The notes below the pieces were generated by a model. That model saw nothing but the letters and a program-made list of their open reading frames with translations, made no database searches and was not told the DNA's origin. This document shows, piece after piece, positions 50,086-62,677 of a stretch of 64,000 nt of DNA. Numbering within the stretch: the first letter of the stretch is position 1; the number at the start of each line of letters is the position of its first letter. Origin of the DNA: Zootoca vivipara (Eukaryota); contig NC_083288.1 of the NCBI RefSeq assembly GCF_963506605.1, positions 37,696,001 through 37,760,000 on the forward strand, read 5' to 3'. Position numbers and translations under genes: made by a program.

Positions 50086-50770
50086 AATCATAAATCATGT
50101 TACATTAGCAGCCAGAAAATTCAGACCGTAGGTGACATCCAACAGTGTCTATCCACCGGTGGAACAGGCATCTCATGCAACAGGACTTTTCCTTCCTCTC
50201 TTCTCTCCTGCAGCCCCATGGGCCCCACTACCTGCTCGTAGGGGTTGCATGACCTTCACCCGGTTGGTGAAGGCTCACTTGGTGGATATTCAGGGATCTA
50301 AAAACCACAGCTCATCTTCTAACTTTGACAGCCTTTATGCATGGTGAAGAGTGGGGCTCCTGATAAGTTGAAAGAGAAGTCTGGAATATGTTTAAGTAGC
50401 AAATCAATAATAAGGCATTCTACTATGTTGAGGACTTGCTGTTGAAGTTCTTCCTATTTCATGATGGTTAACAAAACACCCTTATTCCAGAAATCCAAAC
50501 AAAGCGTTTTGGGAAGGAAAGGACAAGAAAGTATGATGTCTATGGCAAAGTAGACCCTGGCTGAATTGCTAATCCCTAAATTCTCTTAAACTAGGCATGC
50601 AAAAAAAAGGTCAAAAATATTTATTTTATGGGTGGGACTATGAATTAGGGGTAGAAATGAAAATCCATTGTAAATAATACAGAAAGGCCATCTGTTCCCA
50701 GCCTTGATGCAGGAAGAGATCTAATCTCTTTTGGGGAGAGTGACCTTCACCCAACCCTCCATTTTGTATA

Positions 50771-50968
50771 CAGTGGTACCTTGGTTATCAAAAGCCATAA
50801 ACCTGGAAGTAAATGCTTTGGTTTTTGAACACACCTCGGAAGTTGAACATGCTTCCGTATTGAGTTTTCCGTATTGAGGCTTCTGTACTGAGTTTTCAGT
50901 TTTCAAACATTTTGGAACTTAGACGGTCTTCCGGAAACAATTATATTCGAAAACTGAGGTACCCACTG
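50771..50968. mobile_element. Tigger/pogo-like MITE (degenerate)
   Basis: ta-cagtggtacctt...gaggtacccactg. Confidence 0.6.
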
Positions 50969-52116
50969 TGCTATCAAGTTCATTTTTGTGATGGAAATTC
51001 TTTCACCTGTTTAGTACTAAGCTGATAAGTTAGGCTACACCTTTTTGTATTGTTTTATGTAATGTTTTATACCATGTTGCATGGATTTCTGTATTCATAG
51101 TCCTATGAATACATATGATTCATATGTATTTGTAGGTACATATGAATTGTATTTATTATCGTTCAATTGGTATGTTGTGAACACAATTTTCTGGAAAAGT
51201 GGTCTATATAAATAAACCGATGATGAACAAGAGGTGGGTCTGGTCGCCCCTGTCTTGCCTGCTCATTTTCTTCCTCTCTCTATGTCTCTGCTTTTGCATT
51301 TATGAGTTTCTTTTGTCCATTGATCCATACAGTCTCCTTCTGTCTTTCTATCTCTTGGTTATTTTTTTTTCACTCTCTCTCTCCTGGTTGGCATCATTCC
51401 ATGGAAAGCTGCATGACTATGCCAGCAGGGAGTTGGACCCTGGGTGTCTGCCTGTTTGGTGTGGGGGAGAAAAAGGAGGTGGTGATTCTTACTGTTCCAA
51501 ACTCCGGACCAATCGGACCCCCGTACGCTGTCCCATCGCCCGCCCCGCAGTCCCTTCTGCTGACACGCCGTCAGAATTCCACCCCAAGGATGAAATAAAC
51601 AGGTTCCTCAGTTCAGACAGGAGCCGAGAGCTGTGCTCCCCGTGTGGGGCCGGGTCAAGGTTCGACCCCAACATACCGACACTAGCAGGGTGCGAGGAAT
51701 GCAGGAGAAGAGAATTCTTCGCAGCCCCAGACAGACACTCGGAGATACTCCTCGCACACTCTGGAGACCTTGTGCCACCGCTGAGCTTTGGGCACACTGA
51801 GCGGAGGAACAAGGTGAGGAACAAAAAACCCTTCATGTCTGGATGCAGAGCAGAGAAGAGAGGTCTTTGGGGAGCTGAACCCCCACAGAAAAACCTTTGC
51901 ACACTCAGATCAACTTCTCTCTCTTTCTCGGAGGATCAGAAGTAAGTGGAAGAAAAACAGGTAGACAAATGGACGCAGAGGCAGCCTGGCAGACAGATAG
52001 ATGTGCAGCTAAAACAATAAGTAGGTAGGTCAGAAAAGAACAAGGTACTGCTGTCTCACTTTCTCTGAAGAACGTTAAGAAGTTCTCCTGGACATCCTAC
52101 CCTCGGTCATCTCCCC

Positions 52117-53127
52117 ATGGAGCCAGCAACAACCAACCTTTCGTTGTGGGTGCCCCTGGGCAACGGGACTGTGTCGGAGGGAGGCGAGTCAGCCGCAGCC
52201 CTGGGAGCTGTGCTGAGCCTGATGTGTGCCACCGGGGTGGCGGGAAACCTCTACGCCTTGGCCGTGGTGCGGGCATCACCCTCAGCTTCCTCGCTCCGTG
52301 TCCACTTGGTCAACCTGGCCTTGGCCGACCTGCTGTACCTGTCGACGGCCCCCTTCATTGTCCACAATGGGCTGGTGAAGGACTGGCTTTTTGGCGAGGC
52401 CGGCTGCCGGGTCCTCCTCAGCCTGGACCTCGTCACCATGCATGCCAGCATCTTCCTGCTCACCCTGATGAGCTGTGAGCGCTACGCTGCTGTGGCCCAC
52501 CCCTTCCAGGCCGCAAGGCGTGCGCGGCGCTGCCGGCGACCTCTGGCCCTCGCCATCTGGCTCCTGTCCTTTGCCCTGGCCCTGCCCATGATGGTGATGA
52601 TCCACCAGGAGGAGCGGGCAGTGGGGGACGGCGTGCCCGTGCGGCGCCTCTGCTCCCCAACCTGGAGTGAGGAGCAGTACAGGGTCTACCTCAGCGTCCT
52701 GTTCAGTACCAGCATCGTGGCTCCTGGCATCATCATCGGGTCCCTCTACTGGCGCTTGGCGAGGACTTATTGGGTGTCACAGACGCGCGGCGGGTTGGGC
52801 CGCTCTCCAAAGAACCGGGTCTTCCTCCTCATCCTCGTCATTGTCCTGGCCTTTTGGGCTTGCTATTTGCCCTTCTGGGTCTGGCAGCTCCTGCCTCTTT
52901 ACTGCCAGCAGGCTGCCCGCCTGCCCGTCCACACAGAGATCTCCATCAACCACTTGGTGACTTGCTTGACTTACGGCAACAGCTGCATCAACCCTTTCCT
53001 CTACACCTTGCTGACGCGCAACTACCGTGAGTACCTGCGCGCACGCCAAAGGGGGTCGTCGCACACTTCCCTGCGATGCTTCCAGAACAGAGAGAGGCCG
53101 CAAGGAGAAGGCCAGGAGGTCATCTGA
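52117..53127 (+). CDS. UTS2R: Urotensin-2 receptor family class A GPCR, 336 aa, intronless CDS
   Basis: Seven hydrophobic segments with LALADLLYL, WLFGEAGCRVLLSLDLVTMHASIF, ERY, FWACYLPFWVWQL and LTYGNSCINPFLYTLLTRNYREYL. N-terminal NLS and NGT sequons. Paralogue not determined. Confidence 0.93.
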   Translation: MEPATTNLSLWVPLGNGTVSEGGESAAALGAVLSLMCATGVAGNLYALAVVRASPSASSLRVHLVNLALADLLYLSTAPFIVHNGLVKDWLFGEAGCRVLLSLDLVTMHASIFLLTLMSCERYAAVAHPFQAARRARRCRRPLALAIWLLSFALALPMMVMIHQEERAVGDGVPVRRLCSPTWSEEQYRVYLSVLFSTSIVAPGIIIGSLYWRLARTYWVSQTRGGLGRSPKNRVFLLILVIVLAFWACYLPFWVWQLLPLYCQQAARLPVHTEISINHLVTCLTYGNSCINPFLYTLLTRNYREYLRARQRGSSHTSLRCFQNRERPQGEGQEVI

Positions 53128-53909
53128 GCCGAGGCAGGTAAGGAATGAAAAACACAGAGAGCTTCCTTATTGCTGAGTCAGAATGTTGGTCCATCAAGCT
53201 CAGGGGTGTCTCCTAGGGATGGGAGAGAAGATTTTGATTTCATTTGCACCAGGGTGGTGCAGTTGTTGGAAGGCAGGACTAGGACCTGGGAGACAGACCA
53301 GGGTTCAAATCCCCACTCGGCCAACCTCCCAGGGTTGTTGTGTAGATGGAGAGGGGTTGAACCTTGGAGAAAAAAAGTGGGTTAGAAATGCAATAAACAA
53401 AGAAAAGTAAAAGACATTTAAATGTGGATCAATTAAATTTGCACTCTCCAAAACAATATGAGAACCGAAACTCAGCCATCCATCAAATGCCACACTTATC
53501 TGAATTTTGCAATGGGGTTCCCCAACCAATGTTTGCAAAAAAATAAAACAAAGAAAAAGAAAAAGCATATGTTATGGGGAAAGTGTGCATTAGAATTGAT
53601 ATATTAGTGAAAACAACACACAATGATTCGTTATATTAGGATAAATTCTAGCAACAACGTATCCATTAGTCAATACAGCATAAAAGTGTGTTTATTAGGA
53701 TAAATTCACTTTAAAATGCTGAAGAATTTTCATGATTTCTTTTCTTTAAATAAAATACACAAATTGCTGAAGAAATGTGGATAACCGAATTTACGATTGG
53801 GAAAAATGAAGAACTGACTAGAACTGACATAGACCAATATCCCTTATTGTCTACAATGGCTGGGAGCAGCTCGTCTGGATTTTAGGCAGCAGCAATTTCC
53901 AGCTGTACC

Positions 53910-53977
53910 TGGAGATGCCAGGAATTGAACCAGGGACCTTCTGCATGCAAGGCAGATGCCCTACCACTCAGCTACAT
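53910..53977 (-). mobile_element. tRNA-derived SINE head
   Basis: Minus strand tgtagctgagtggtagggcatctgccttgcatgcagaaggtccctggttcaattcctggcatctcc. Confidence 0.5.
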
Positions 53978-54659
53978 GGAAGGCCAAGATAAATGTTGAG
54001 CATTGCCTTTAGGTCTGAAGCCATGCTTCAGAGCACAAAACGTTGGAAACTCAGACGGCCGCGGCTTATTTAGAGTCATATAGGGCCTTGTTTTCTTTTC
54101 AACAGAAACTTTGATCCCCAGCATGTGTTAAGAGTTGGGTCACTCACCGAACAACTTCCTTACTAAGCGGAAGGAATGGGGGGGGCGCGGTTTGATGTTA
54201 AGTGGGCAGTTGGGAGGCTGTACCGAATTCTTGCTCTGCTCACATCTCCACCCCCTAAATCACCTCCTCAGTCACTTTTCTCCTGGTGGCCATCAGAAGA
54301 CTCCCCTGCCCCTCTTCCAGAAGCAAAATATGACAGGGGAGAAGGAATTTTGGAGGCTTGGGGGGTGGGGTTCAGCCATACGCTTCCCCGAACCTTGGAG
54401 CTCTTTGTAAAGCTGTGCTTGGCGTCTTGCTACTTTCAGAGCATATGAAGTTGAGGGCAAAGGAGACAAAATGTGATCCGCAAGCAGTAGTGGGTTCACA
54501 CCCCACCCCACCTCACTTTGTGCTGGGCATCCAGATCAGCGTGATTTCAGAAGACCCTGTCGACATCATCCCTCACTCTGGAACTTTGTCGTCCACAAAG
54601 TTCGGCTGGCCATCAAGGTGATGGCTTGGAAGAGGTTGGGCTGCCTTCATATTTAGCTA

Positions 54660-54809
54660 CACCTTGAGAATTGCAGGTTCTGTTTAAAACGAACCAAGCT
54701 TCTAGCCTTCACCTTGAGAATTGCAGGTTCTCTTTAAAATGAACCAAGCTTCTAGCCTTCACCTTGAGAATTGCAGGTTCTGTTTAAAATGAACCAAGCT
54801 CCTAGCCTT
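54660..54809. repeat. Tandem repeat, 3 x 50 bp
   Basis: Unit caccttgagaattgcaggttctgtttaaaa(c/t)gaaccaagcttctagcctt with 1-2 differences between units. Confidence 0.95.
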
Positions 54810-54892
54810 CATCATTGGACAACTCGCTGAGTAATTTAGTAATTTGCAGAAATGCGAATTACCTGTTCAGGGAAGTTTTTAATGTGTGACAT

Positions 54893-54986
54893 TTTAATGT
54901 ATTTTTAATCTTTGTTGGAAGCTGCCCAGAGTGGCTGGGGAAACCCAGCCAGATGGGCAGGGTATAAATAAATAATAATAATAATA

Positions 54987-55025
<39 letters not shown>
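54893..55025 (+). mobile_element. L2/CR1-group LINE 3' end with AAT/ATT tail
   Basis: Matches the 42236-42365 end in reverse orientation. Confidence 0.7.
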
Positions 55026-55027
<2 letters not shown>

Positions 55028-56074
55028 CCCAAATATGGAAAAGGTGGCAAATGTGGCTTTTACATCTCATGCAAGTTTCACAGCAGAGCAACAGCTAATA
55101 ACCACACGGTGCTTAGGCATCTTGCTCTACTTTATTCTCAGGCCTCTGGGCGGATTAAGGAGAAAAGAGAGCAGAGAAAAGAGGGGCAGCTATTAGTTGA
55201 AAAGCAAAACACAACCTTAAAAGATTTTTTGGGCAAAATCTTCCCCCTCCTGACTGTAAACTGGTAGAATTTACCTGGGAGTAAATCCCACTGATAGAAG
55301 TGGGACTTGTTTCCCAGAAAATGCAGACAGGACAGTCCTGTACATTACTAACCTTTCTTTAGTAGCAAAATCAAACTGAACTGAGGGAAATGAAAATCTA
55401 AATCAATAACGATTATATGAAGCCCTGAAACACCTTCTATTACCATTTTTAAAATGCAGTGTACAGGAATGAGTGAGAGGATGCTATTTATTCCACAGAA
55501 TATGCTTGACTGAGAGCTTAAGAGATAGATCTCCTTTGAACTTAAAAGTATAAAGATATTTAGAATTAGGCAATATTAATAGACAGGTTTTTTCCTGAAT
55601 TTGCACCATTGCAAAGAGAGATTATATTTTGATCAGCTATATATGCATTTTAAATATATTAGATTCCATGTCTTAAAATATTTTTTTCAGTATTTTGGTT
55701 CAATTTGATATGGTTATTGTTTTTAAAGAATCTAATTTAATTAACACTAGTTTTTTGCTCTCTAGTATTTTTTTTTTTTAATTCAATGGATATATTACTA
55801 TTGTAACTCCTGGACATTCACAGTGAAAACCTACAATGTTTCCTTAAGTCCTGCTGTATTTAATGGAGGTAACTCCCAGGGAAATGCAAAATAGGGTTGT
55901 AGCCTAAATTATTAACAGCTGACCGGGATATAATTTTCATATATTTAGTTTAATGTCAGTAACTTAAGCATCACACTATTTTTTCTCTACATTAATCCAC
56001 AGGAGGCTCCTGTTTGCGTCTCATGGGAGCAGTTTCTACTGTTGGCACGTGGCACCTTGTAAACTTGCTAAGAT

Positions 56075-56945
56075 GTATAATAACTGTTGGAAATGTGGAG
56101 AACCTGGTGGGAATACATTACATATATGATGGACATGCAGAGGGATTAAACCATTTTGGAATGATATTCATCTGGAACTAAAAAGAATTTTGAAAGTGAA
56201 TATTCAAAAACAACAACCACCTGAATCATTCTTATTAGGCATTACCGGTTTGGATATCCCCCCAAAAAACAAGGAAAATCTTTCTGTATGCCACCACACT
56301 GTGAGGGTTATAATAGCTACACATTGGAAAAGCAGATATGTACCTACCAGATCTGATCAGATACAAAAACTGTGTAGAGTATGCGGAGTTAGACTACTTA
56401 TCAGAAAGAATCAATCCAAACAGGAGTTTGTCTCAAACTGGAATTGTTTCAAGGAATAATTGAAGAGTAATTGCTGCAATCTGAAAACGGTAATGGCCTT
56501 TGAATAGTTTCTGAATAGTTGAATAGATAACAAATTTAAAAGGAAAATTGATAGATAAGAAAATATTATAAATAAAAAGGCAATGGACCATAGCTGCCAA
56601 GTTTTCCCTTTTCTCGCGAGGAAGCCTATTCAGCATAAGGGAATTTCCCTTTAAAAAAGGGAGAACTTGGCAGCTATGCAATGGACAAATATAGGCAATA
56701 GGTTTATTAGTACAAAATGGAAGAGACGGAAAGTCATTCATTTATGAGGAACATTATGATTTTAAAATTACATCTTTTTTGTGTACAGTAATACTTGTCG
56801 ATCTATGATAATAATAATTACGAACATACCGTACTCTGAAAACAAGAATATGTATAATTGTAAGATGTAAAGTTATGATGTAAATATATACTTGTGAGTA
56901 ATAAAGGAAAAACTAAAATAGAAGAAGAAAAAGAAGAAAAAAAGA
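56075..56945 (+). mobile_element. Decayed L1/Tx1-clade 3' fragment
   Basis: CWKCGEPGGNTLHI*WTC zinc knuckle, PESFLLGI, and an A-rich tail. Interrupted by the 90-bp MITE. Confidence 0.7.
56589..56678 (+). mobile_element. 90-bp hAT-type MITE, copy 3
   Basis: TSD caatggac. Confidence 0.9.
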
Positions 56946-57128
56946 ATTAGGGAGCAGAGATTCGGTTCAGCTAATTTGCATTTTTCAAAACAATATGCAA
57001 AGCAAAACACAGCCCTCCTTCAAAATTCACATTCTCCGAATGGTGTGATGCAGTTCTCCAGCCAAGTAATGTGTACCAAAATGCATGTACTAAAGTATGA
57101 ATAAAATGCATATATAAAATGCAGTATA

Positions 57129-57371
57129 CCCTGTTTCTCCAAAAATAAGATGTAGCCATAAAATAATCCATAGCAGGATTTTTAAGCATTCAAGGAATAT
57201 AAGCCATACCCCAAAAATAAGCCATAGTGATAGGTAACCTTGTAGGTTAAAACTGTACCATACTTAATAATAAATAAATAAAAAGACACCCCCTGAAAAT
57301 AAACCATAGTGGGTTTTGTTTTTTGAAGAAAAATAAATATAAAACGGTGTCTTATTTTCGGAGAAACACGG
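57129..57371. mobile_element. Tc1/mariner-type MITE
   Basis: TIR cc(c/g)tgtttctcc(a/g)aaaataaga; TA TSD. Confidence 0.75.
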
Positions 57372-57955
57372 TACAGTATTAGGGATGTTAATATAAATGT
57401 TAAGGGAAATATGCTTTGCAAAAAATGTGCATATTAGGTCAGATTGCACATCAAAACGTTTACACTAAAAGAAATGCACACTAGCATTTTCATGAGGATT
57501 AAAAAAGAAAAAAGAAATTTGTAATCTGATGTAGAAATGTGAACTGAATGTCTCATATGGAAAATGAGAAACTGAGGGAGAGAGAAATTGACACACAGCA
57601 TTTAGCCACCCTGACTTGGAATAGAGGAGATGAATTTCCCCTTTTTAAACTTTTTTTTAAAGTATTGGTCATTGCAACATACTGTACAGGACTGGATCAG
57701 TTCTTAGAACCCAGCTGGTCTACTTCTCTATCACAAATCATGTGCAGAATAAAATAACCTCACTTCCAGAGTCAGCTTAATATCATTTGTTGTGCCATGA
57801 AGTTGCAATTGTTGTTGTTGTTGTGGTTGTGGTTGTTACCACCTGCCCTGTGCCAGGCGTTATCAAGGCAAATTATAGCAATATAAAATACACCAATAAG
57901 AACAGTTTAGTAGTGAATTTAATTTGTTTTAAACTGTTTTTAATGCTGTTTATAT

Positions 57956-58329
57956 CAGGGGTCCCCAGACTTACCGGGCTTTGGGCCGGTTCCCACCGCG
58001 CCGATCGCGTGGCGGGCCGGAGGGCGGGGGAGTGCTTACTGGCGTGGCGGCGCACTTCCAGGTCGGAAAAAGCGCCAGAAATCGTTTGTGCGCATGCGTA
58101 TGGGCCTCCCCCGACCCGGAAGTGCACCAGAAATAACCTCTTCTGGGTCGGGAGAGGCCCATACGCATGCGCACAAAGGATTTTCGGCGCTTTTTTCTGA
58201 CCTGGAAGATCGCCGCCGCGCTGCGCGCCGTAAGAGCGGGCGGCGGCGAGCGGTGGGGGTCGTCGTGGGCCGGATTGGGAGGCCAATTGGGCCGCATCCG
58301 GCCCCCGGGCCGTAGTTTGGGAACCCCTG
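57956..58329. mobile_element. CpG-rich hAT-Charlie-type non-autonomous element
   Basis: cagggg...cccctg, TSD gtttatat, and internal inverted repeat tttgtgcgcatgcgtatgggcct. Confidence 0.85.
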
Positions 58330-58855
58330 GTTTATATTATATATCTCTCTCTATGTATTTCCCTTTGGGTGCAGCAAAATTACGGGGAAGAAAAAGGACT
58401 TCAAGGAATTAAATTATTTTCCTGTTGCTGCCGTCTTAGACTTCCCTGGAATTATTGAAAAACCAGTCTCTCCCCCCTCTCCCCGCCCAACCAGATAAAT
58501 AGGAATACTGTACAAGGAGAGCAAACATTTAATATTTCTGGGCCTTTATATTGATTGATTAAATCCACCCTCCCTCGCAAAGGATCCTGGGACTCCTTCC
58601 CACTCGCCTACAGAAATGTCCTATTGTAGAAATCGCAAAAAAAAAAAGCAATCTCCGAATTGAGTTTTCACACTACTCCAAATTCAGCTATGTTCCACCC
58701 TGACTTTAAAATGAGCAACACATCCAACATTTGCTTTGGAGATAAAACTGAAGTCGTGCAGATTCATTGTAAGCATAAGCTTCTCAAATAATGTAGGCTA
58801 CCTATTTCCCAAAGCCTCTAAACCCCTAAATTCATTTAATTTGAGATGTGGGGAC

Positions 58856-58945
58856 CATAGCTGCCAAGTTATCCTTTTTTTAAAGGGATTTTCCCTTATG
58901 CTGAATAGGCTTCCTCGCGAGAAAAGGGAAAACTTGGCAGCTATG
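58856..58945 (-). mobile_element. 90-bp hAT-type MITE, copy 4 (opposite orientation)
   Basis: TSD gtggggac. Confidence 0.9.
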
Positions 58946-59061
58946 GTGGGGACTGAACCAGAGTCTTTACGCATTCAAAAGCACATGTTCTACCTAGATT
59001 GACCGTATGACCTGCTATTATGGGAGGCAGTCCTCTATTTGACGAACTCCTCCATTTAAAG

Positions 59062-59319
59062 CAGGGGTCAGCAGCCTTTTTCAGCCGTGGGCCGGTCCAC
59101 CGTCCCTCAGACCATGTGGTGGGCCGGACTATATTTTTTTTTGGGGGGGGGAGAGATGAACAAATTCCTATACCCCACAAATAACCCAGAGATGCATTTT
59201 AGAGAAAAGCACACATTCTACTCATGTAAAAACACACTGATTCCCGGACCTACCATGGGCTGGATTGAGAAGGTGATTGGGCCGCATCTGGCCCCCGGGC
59301 CTTAGGTTGCCCACCCCTG
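59062..59319. mobile_element. hAT-Charlie-type MITE
   Basis: TSD atttaaag; same family as 21215-21460. Confidence 0.85.
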
Positions 59320-60434
59320 ATTTAAAGGGACCTTGAAAGTGGTGCCCTGCAGCTGCTTTGGACTACAACTCCCATCAGCTCCAGCCAGCAGGCCCAACAG
59401 CAGAGCGTCATGGTAGTTGTAGTCAAAAGCGAAGGGATTCTTGGCTAGCCCCCAGTTAGCTGCTGGACTGGACAGGGAGGCACACGGGTCACCTTGTCCG
59501 TCTTCTCCATTACGGTGTTGCCTATTTCTATTTCAATTACAATGATTATTAGTGTATGCAATTTTCATGTAAATCGCTTTCCTCTTGCTGCACATTTATG
59601 TGTAAGTGTCCACCCTCCCTCTGCTGCCGACCATGGAAAAAAAAACAGGGATTAAGAGTTCCATTTCTGTTTGCAGCTCAGCCACCTCAGCCAGCCAGAC
59701 CACAGGTTCCCTATCCCTGACTTAAGGACATCAAAGGCTTCCTGGCCTTCTTCTGCTTTCTTTTTCTTTCCCCCACAGGTCTCCAGACTGTTAATCCATT
59801 GCAGAAACAGCATGGGCTTCAGAAGAGAAACTGCAACTAGAAAATCCCTTCACAACCCCAGGGCTGCATTTCCAGTCTCCAAACTCTCAGGAGTCGCAAG
59901 CGAAGGTTGCCGGGTTGTTGCTGTTTATGCATTGGGTCTCTGTTCGCTGTACAGCAGGCGGAAAACCAACAGGTGTACATTTCTTCAGAAGTGTGATTTC
60001 GCTGCCCTTGCAAGGCCTCAGCTCCGCAAGTTCTTCCTATCTGTTGCAAAGGCACATTTGTGTCTACTGCCTCTATTCACATCGAGACAAACTTTTTACA
60101 TGCTCAGAGGCATGTTTCCCTAAAGAACGATGAATGAAGAGAAGTGTTTCTTGCTGTTCTTTCGCATTTTTGTCTTCAGATTCTTTTTTTTAAAACTTGC
60201 CTGTATATTTATGCACAGAACCATCCAATGTGTACATTTATTTGTATATGCCTATATTCCTCGGTTATTCTTTGCAGTTGGCAGCTGTGCTATGCTCCAG
60301 TATTCTGAAAATGGGTCCTATTTCATTCCTCCTCTGACTTGCACCTCACAGCCTCATTTGTCTGTTTGTGAACAGGGGGGACGATACCATAGAATCATTG
60401 TGGAGTTGGAAGGGACCCTGAGGCTCATCTAGTC

Positions 60435-60524
60435 CATAGCTGCCAAGTTTTCCCTTTTCTCGCGAGGAAGCCTATTCAGCATAAGGGAAAATCCCTGTAA
60501 AAAAGGGATAACTTGGCAGCTATG
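60435..60524 (+). mobile_element. 90-bp hAT-type MITE, copy 5
   Basis: TSD atctagtc. It splits a CR1-tail-like sequence, ggagttggaagggacc...atctagtc|caaccccctg. Confidence 0.9.
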
Positions 60525-60872
60525 ATCTAGTCCAACCCCCTGCAATGCAGGAATCTTTTGCCCAACATGGGGCTCGAACCCATGACCCTGAGATTCAGTC
60601 TCATGCTTTACTGATTGAACTGTCCCAGGCTGTGATGCTTTTACATTTAAACATACAATCATGCAACTTAATATAAATAAATAAATTGTGTTGACAGTGC
60701 AGTCCGCAAAAAAAGACCCTAAGAATAAATGTTTGAAAACAACACCTGTGAACTACAGGAAGTGAAGGAAGGAGGGCAGAAGAGATGGAATCTGTCCCTG
60801 TGGGTTGTTCCTTGGTAAGATGGAGGAGATGGCAGTACATTAACAGTACTGTACAGTAAATGTACAGTACAC

Positions 60873-61225
60873 GGACACAGGTGGCGCTGTGGGTTAAACC
60901 ATTGAGCCCAGGCCTTGCCGATCAGAAGGCCGGCGGTTCGAATCCCCGCGACGGGGTGAGCTCCCGTTGCTCGGTCCCAGCTCCTGCCAACCTAGCAGTT
61001 CGAAAGCACGTCAAAGTGCAAGTGGATAAATAGGTACCGCTCCAGCGGGAAGGTAAACGGCGTTTCCGTGTGCTGCTCTGGTTCTCCTCTGGTTCTCATG
61101 TGCTGGCCACATGACCTGGAAGCTGTACGCCGGCTCCCTCAGCCAATAACGTGAAATGAGCGCCACAACCCCAGAGTCGGTCACGACTGGACCTAATGGC
61201 CAGGGGTTGCTTTACCTTCACCTTT
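60873..61225 (+). mobile_element. Sauria SINE
   Basis: Full length; flanking direct repeat tacagtaaatgtaca. Confidence 0.9.
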
Positions 61226-61578
61226 ACAGTAAATGTACAATTCACAGTACATTTAGGCATGCTTTATGGACCTTGGCAAGGAGTCAGAATAAAGCGAGGA
61301 GGAGGAGAGCAGAAGAGGGGGCAAGCTGCCCTATAATTTTGGGGACCAGTGGGGCCTGCTGGGTTGCGGGCAAGGGCCCAGGATCTCTGGTTTCTGTTTG
61401 TGGGCCTCCAACAAATTTGCTGCGCCATTTCATTTTGCTGCTAGGAGACATGGCATATTTAAGTTTCCTTCATTCCACCTGTTATTCGGGGAAAGGCTTG
61501 CGTTCTGCTTCATCACTAACAAAGCATCCGAAACAGTAACATTTTCAGTCCATTTAAATAAAAAAAAACCACACACAC

Positions 61579-61581
<3 letters not shown>

Positions 61582-61662
<81 letters not shown>
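61582..61662. repeat. Compound (CT)n(CA)n microsatellite
   Basis: Read directly from the sequence. Confidence 0.95.
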
Positions 61663-61663
<1 letters not shown>

Positions 61664-62677
61664 CACGCTGAATGTTGCTGCATCCCTAAGGTCTTACTTG
61701 CTCACAAACTGCTCTTATGTGACTGTTTTGCTTTTCCTTGCCTGCACAACAGACCCACATTCTGCCACGCCAGATGTTAATGTTTCGGTGCCATTTTCCC
61801 ACAAGGAAAAGGAGGTGAAACAGAAAATGGTGCTGACACTGATGCTATAATAAAAGGGGGGGGGAGAGGGAGAGAAAACGGGTCTGGAGAAGATTTGGGC
61901 AGTCTGTAGATGGCTGGCATAAGATCACTGCCTATGATTTTATGTTGCAGCTTCCTGGTTTTGAACTCCCAACCCCCACCCCACACTTTGCAGACTGGCG
62001 TTCATCTTCCACGGACACAATTTCTCGCGTTGCAACAAAGCTGTCAGTCTTTAAGTTTCCACCGGACTCTTTCATCTTCTTTGCTACGGGGGTTGGTTGG
62101 GAATCCTTTTTGGAACAAGCTCCCATTAAAATAATCTTCACCATCATCTTGGCATTTTCCATAGTACAGATGGGTGTTTTGACTTTCATTTCCCGTCAGC
62201 ATAAAATAAAATACTTGGAGACTTCGTTTGCTTTTACCTAGCAGAAACCGCAACATTTCCCTGCCACGGGATGATTTCCAAGTCAAATTGTTTTTCTCCC
62301 GCCACCGAACCTTTGAAGCTGTAGAATTTCCACCCACCCATCAATAACAGCTGCAGGAAAGCGATGTATGTTACAGCTAGTAGGAGAATTATGACTCAGA
62401 ATCAAGTTTTCGGGTTTGGATTTCGGGTTTTGGATCAATGAAATGTGGGGCCTACAACTGCAGGCCATTTTCCTGTTCCCAAATCCTATTTAAAAGTCAA
62501 TTTCATTTTAGCTAGTTTGTGGGGGGTGGGGGAATGCAGGTTTACCACTCAAACGACCTTCCTTTCTTTGCATTCATCAAAACTGTGGTTTACTAAAAAT
62601 ATATAATAAAACATAAAAAGTATTGATAAAAGAAGTTTAAAACACGTATTGATCAAAAAGCAACATGGAACTTCTGC

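Noticed and set aside
51093-51147. AT-rich ~55-nt hairpin as a pre-miRNA
   Set aside because: Low-complexity catatg repeats with almost no loop, and no supporting context.
51199-51945. 248-aa ORF upstream of the GPCR (and antisense 51489-51902)
   Set aside because: No recognisable domain, and the hydrophobic start comes from a pyrimidine-rich tract. More likely promoter or UTR.
61932-62337. Exon-like ORFs on both strands near 62 kb (similar cases near 33.0, 38.8 and 47.2 kb)
   Set aside because: Splice-like signals exist, but I cannot recognise a protein or link the exons in frame. This needs RNA or homology data.
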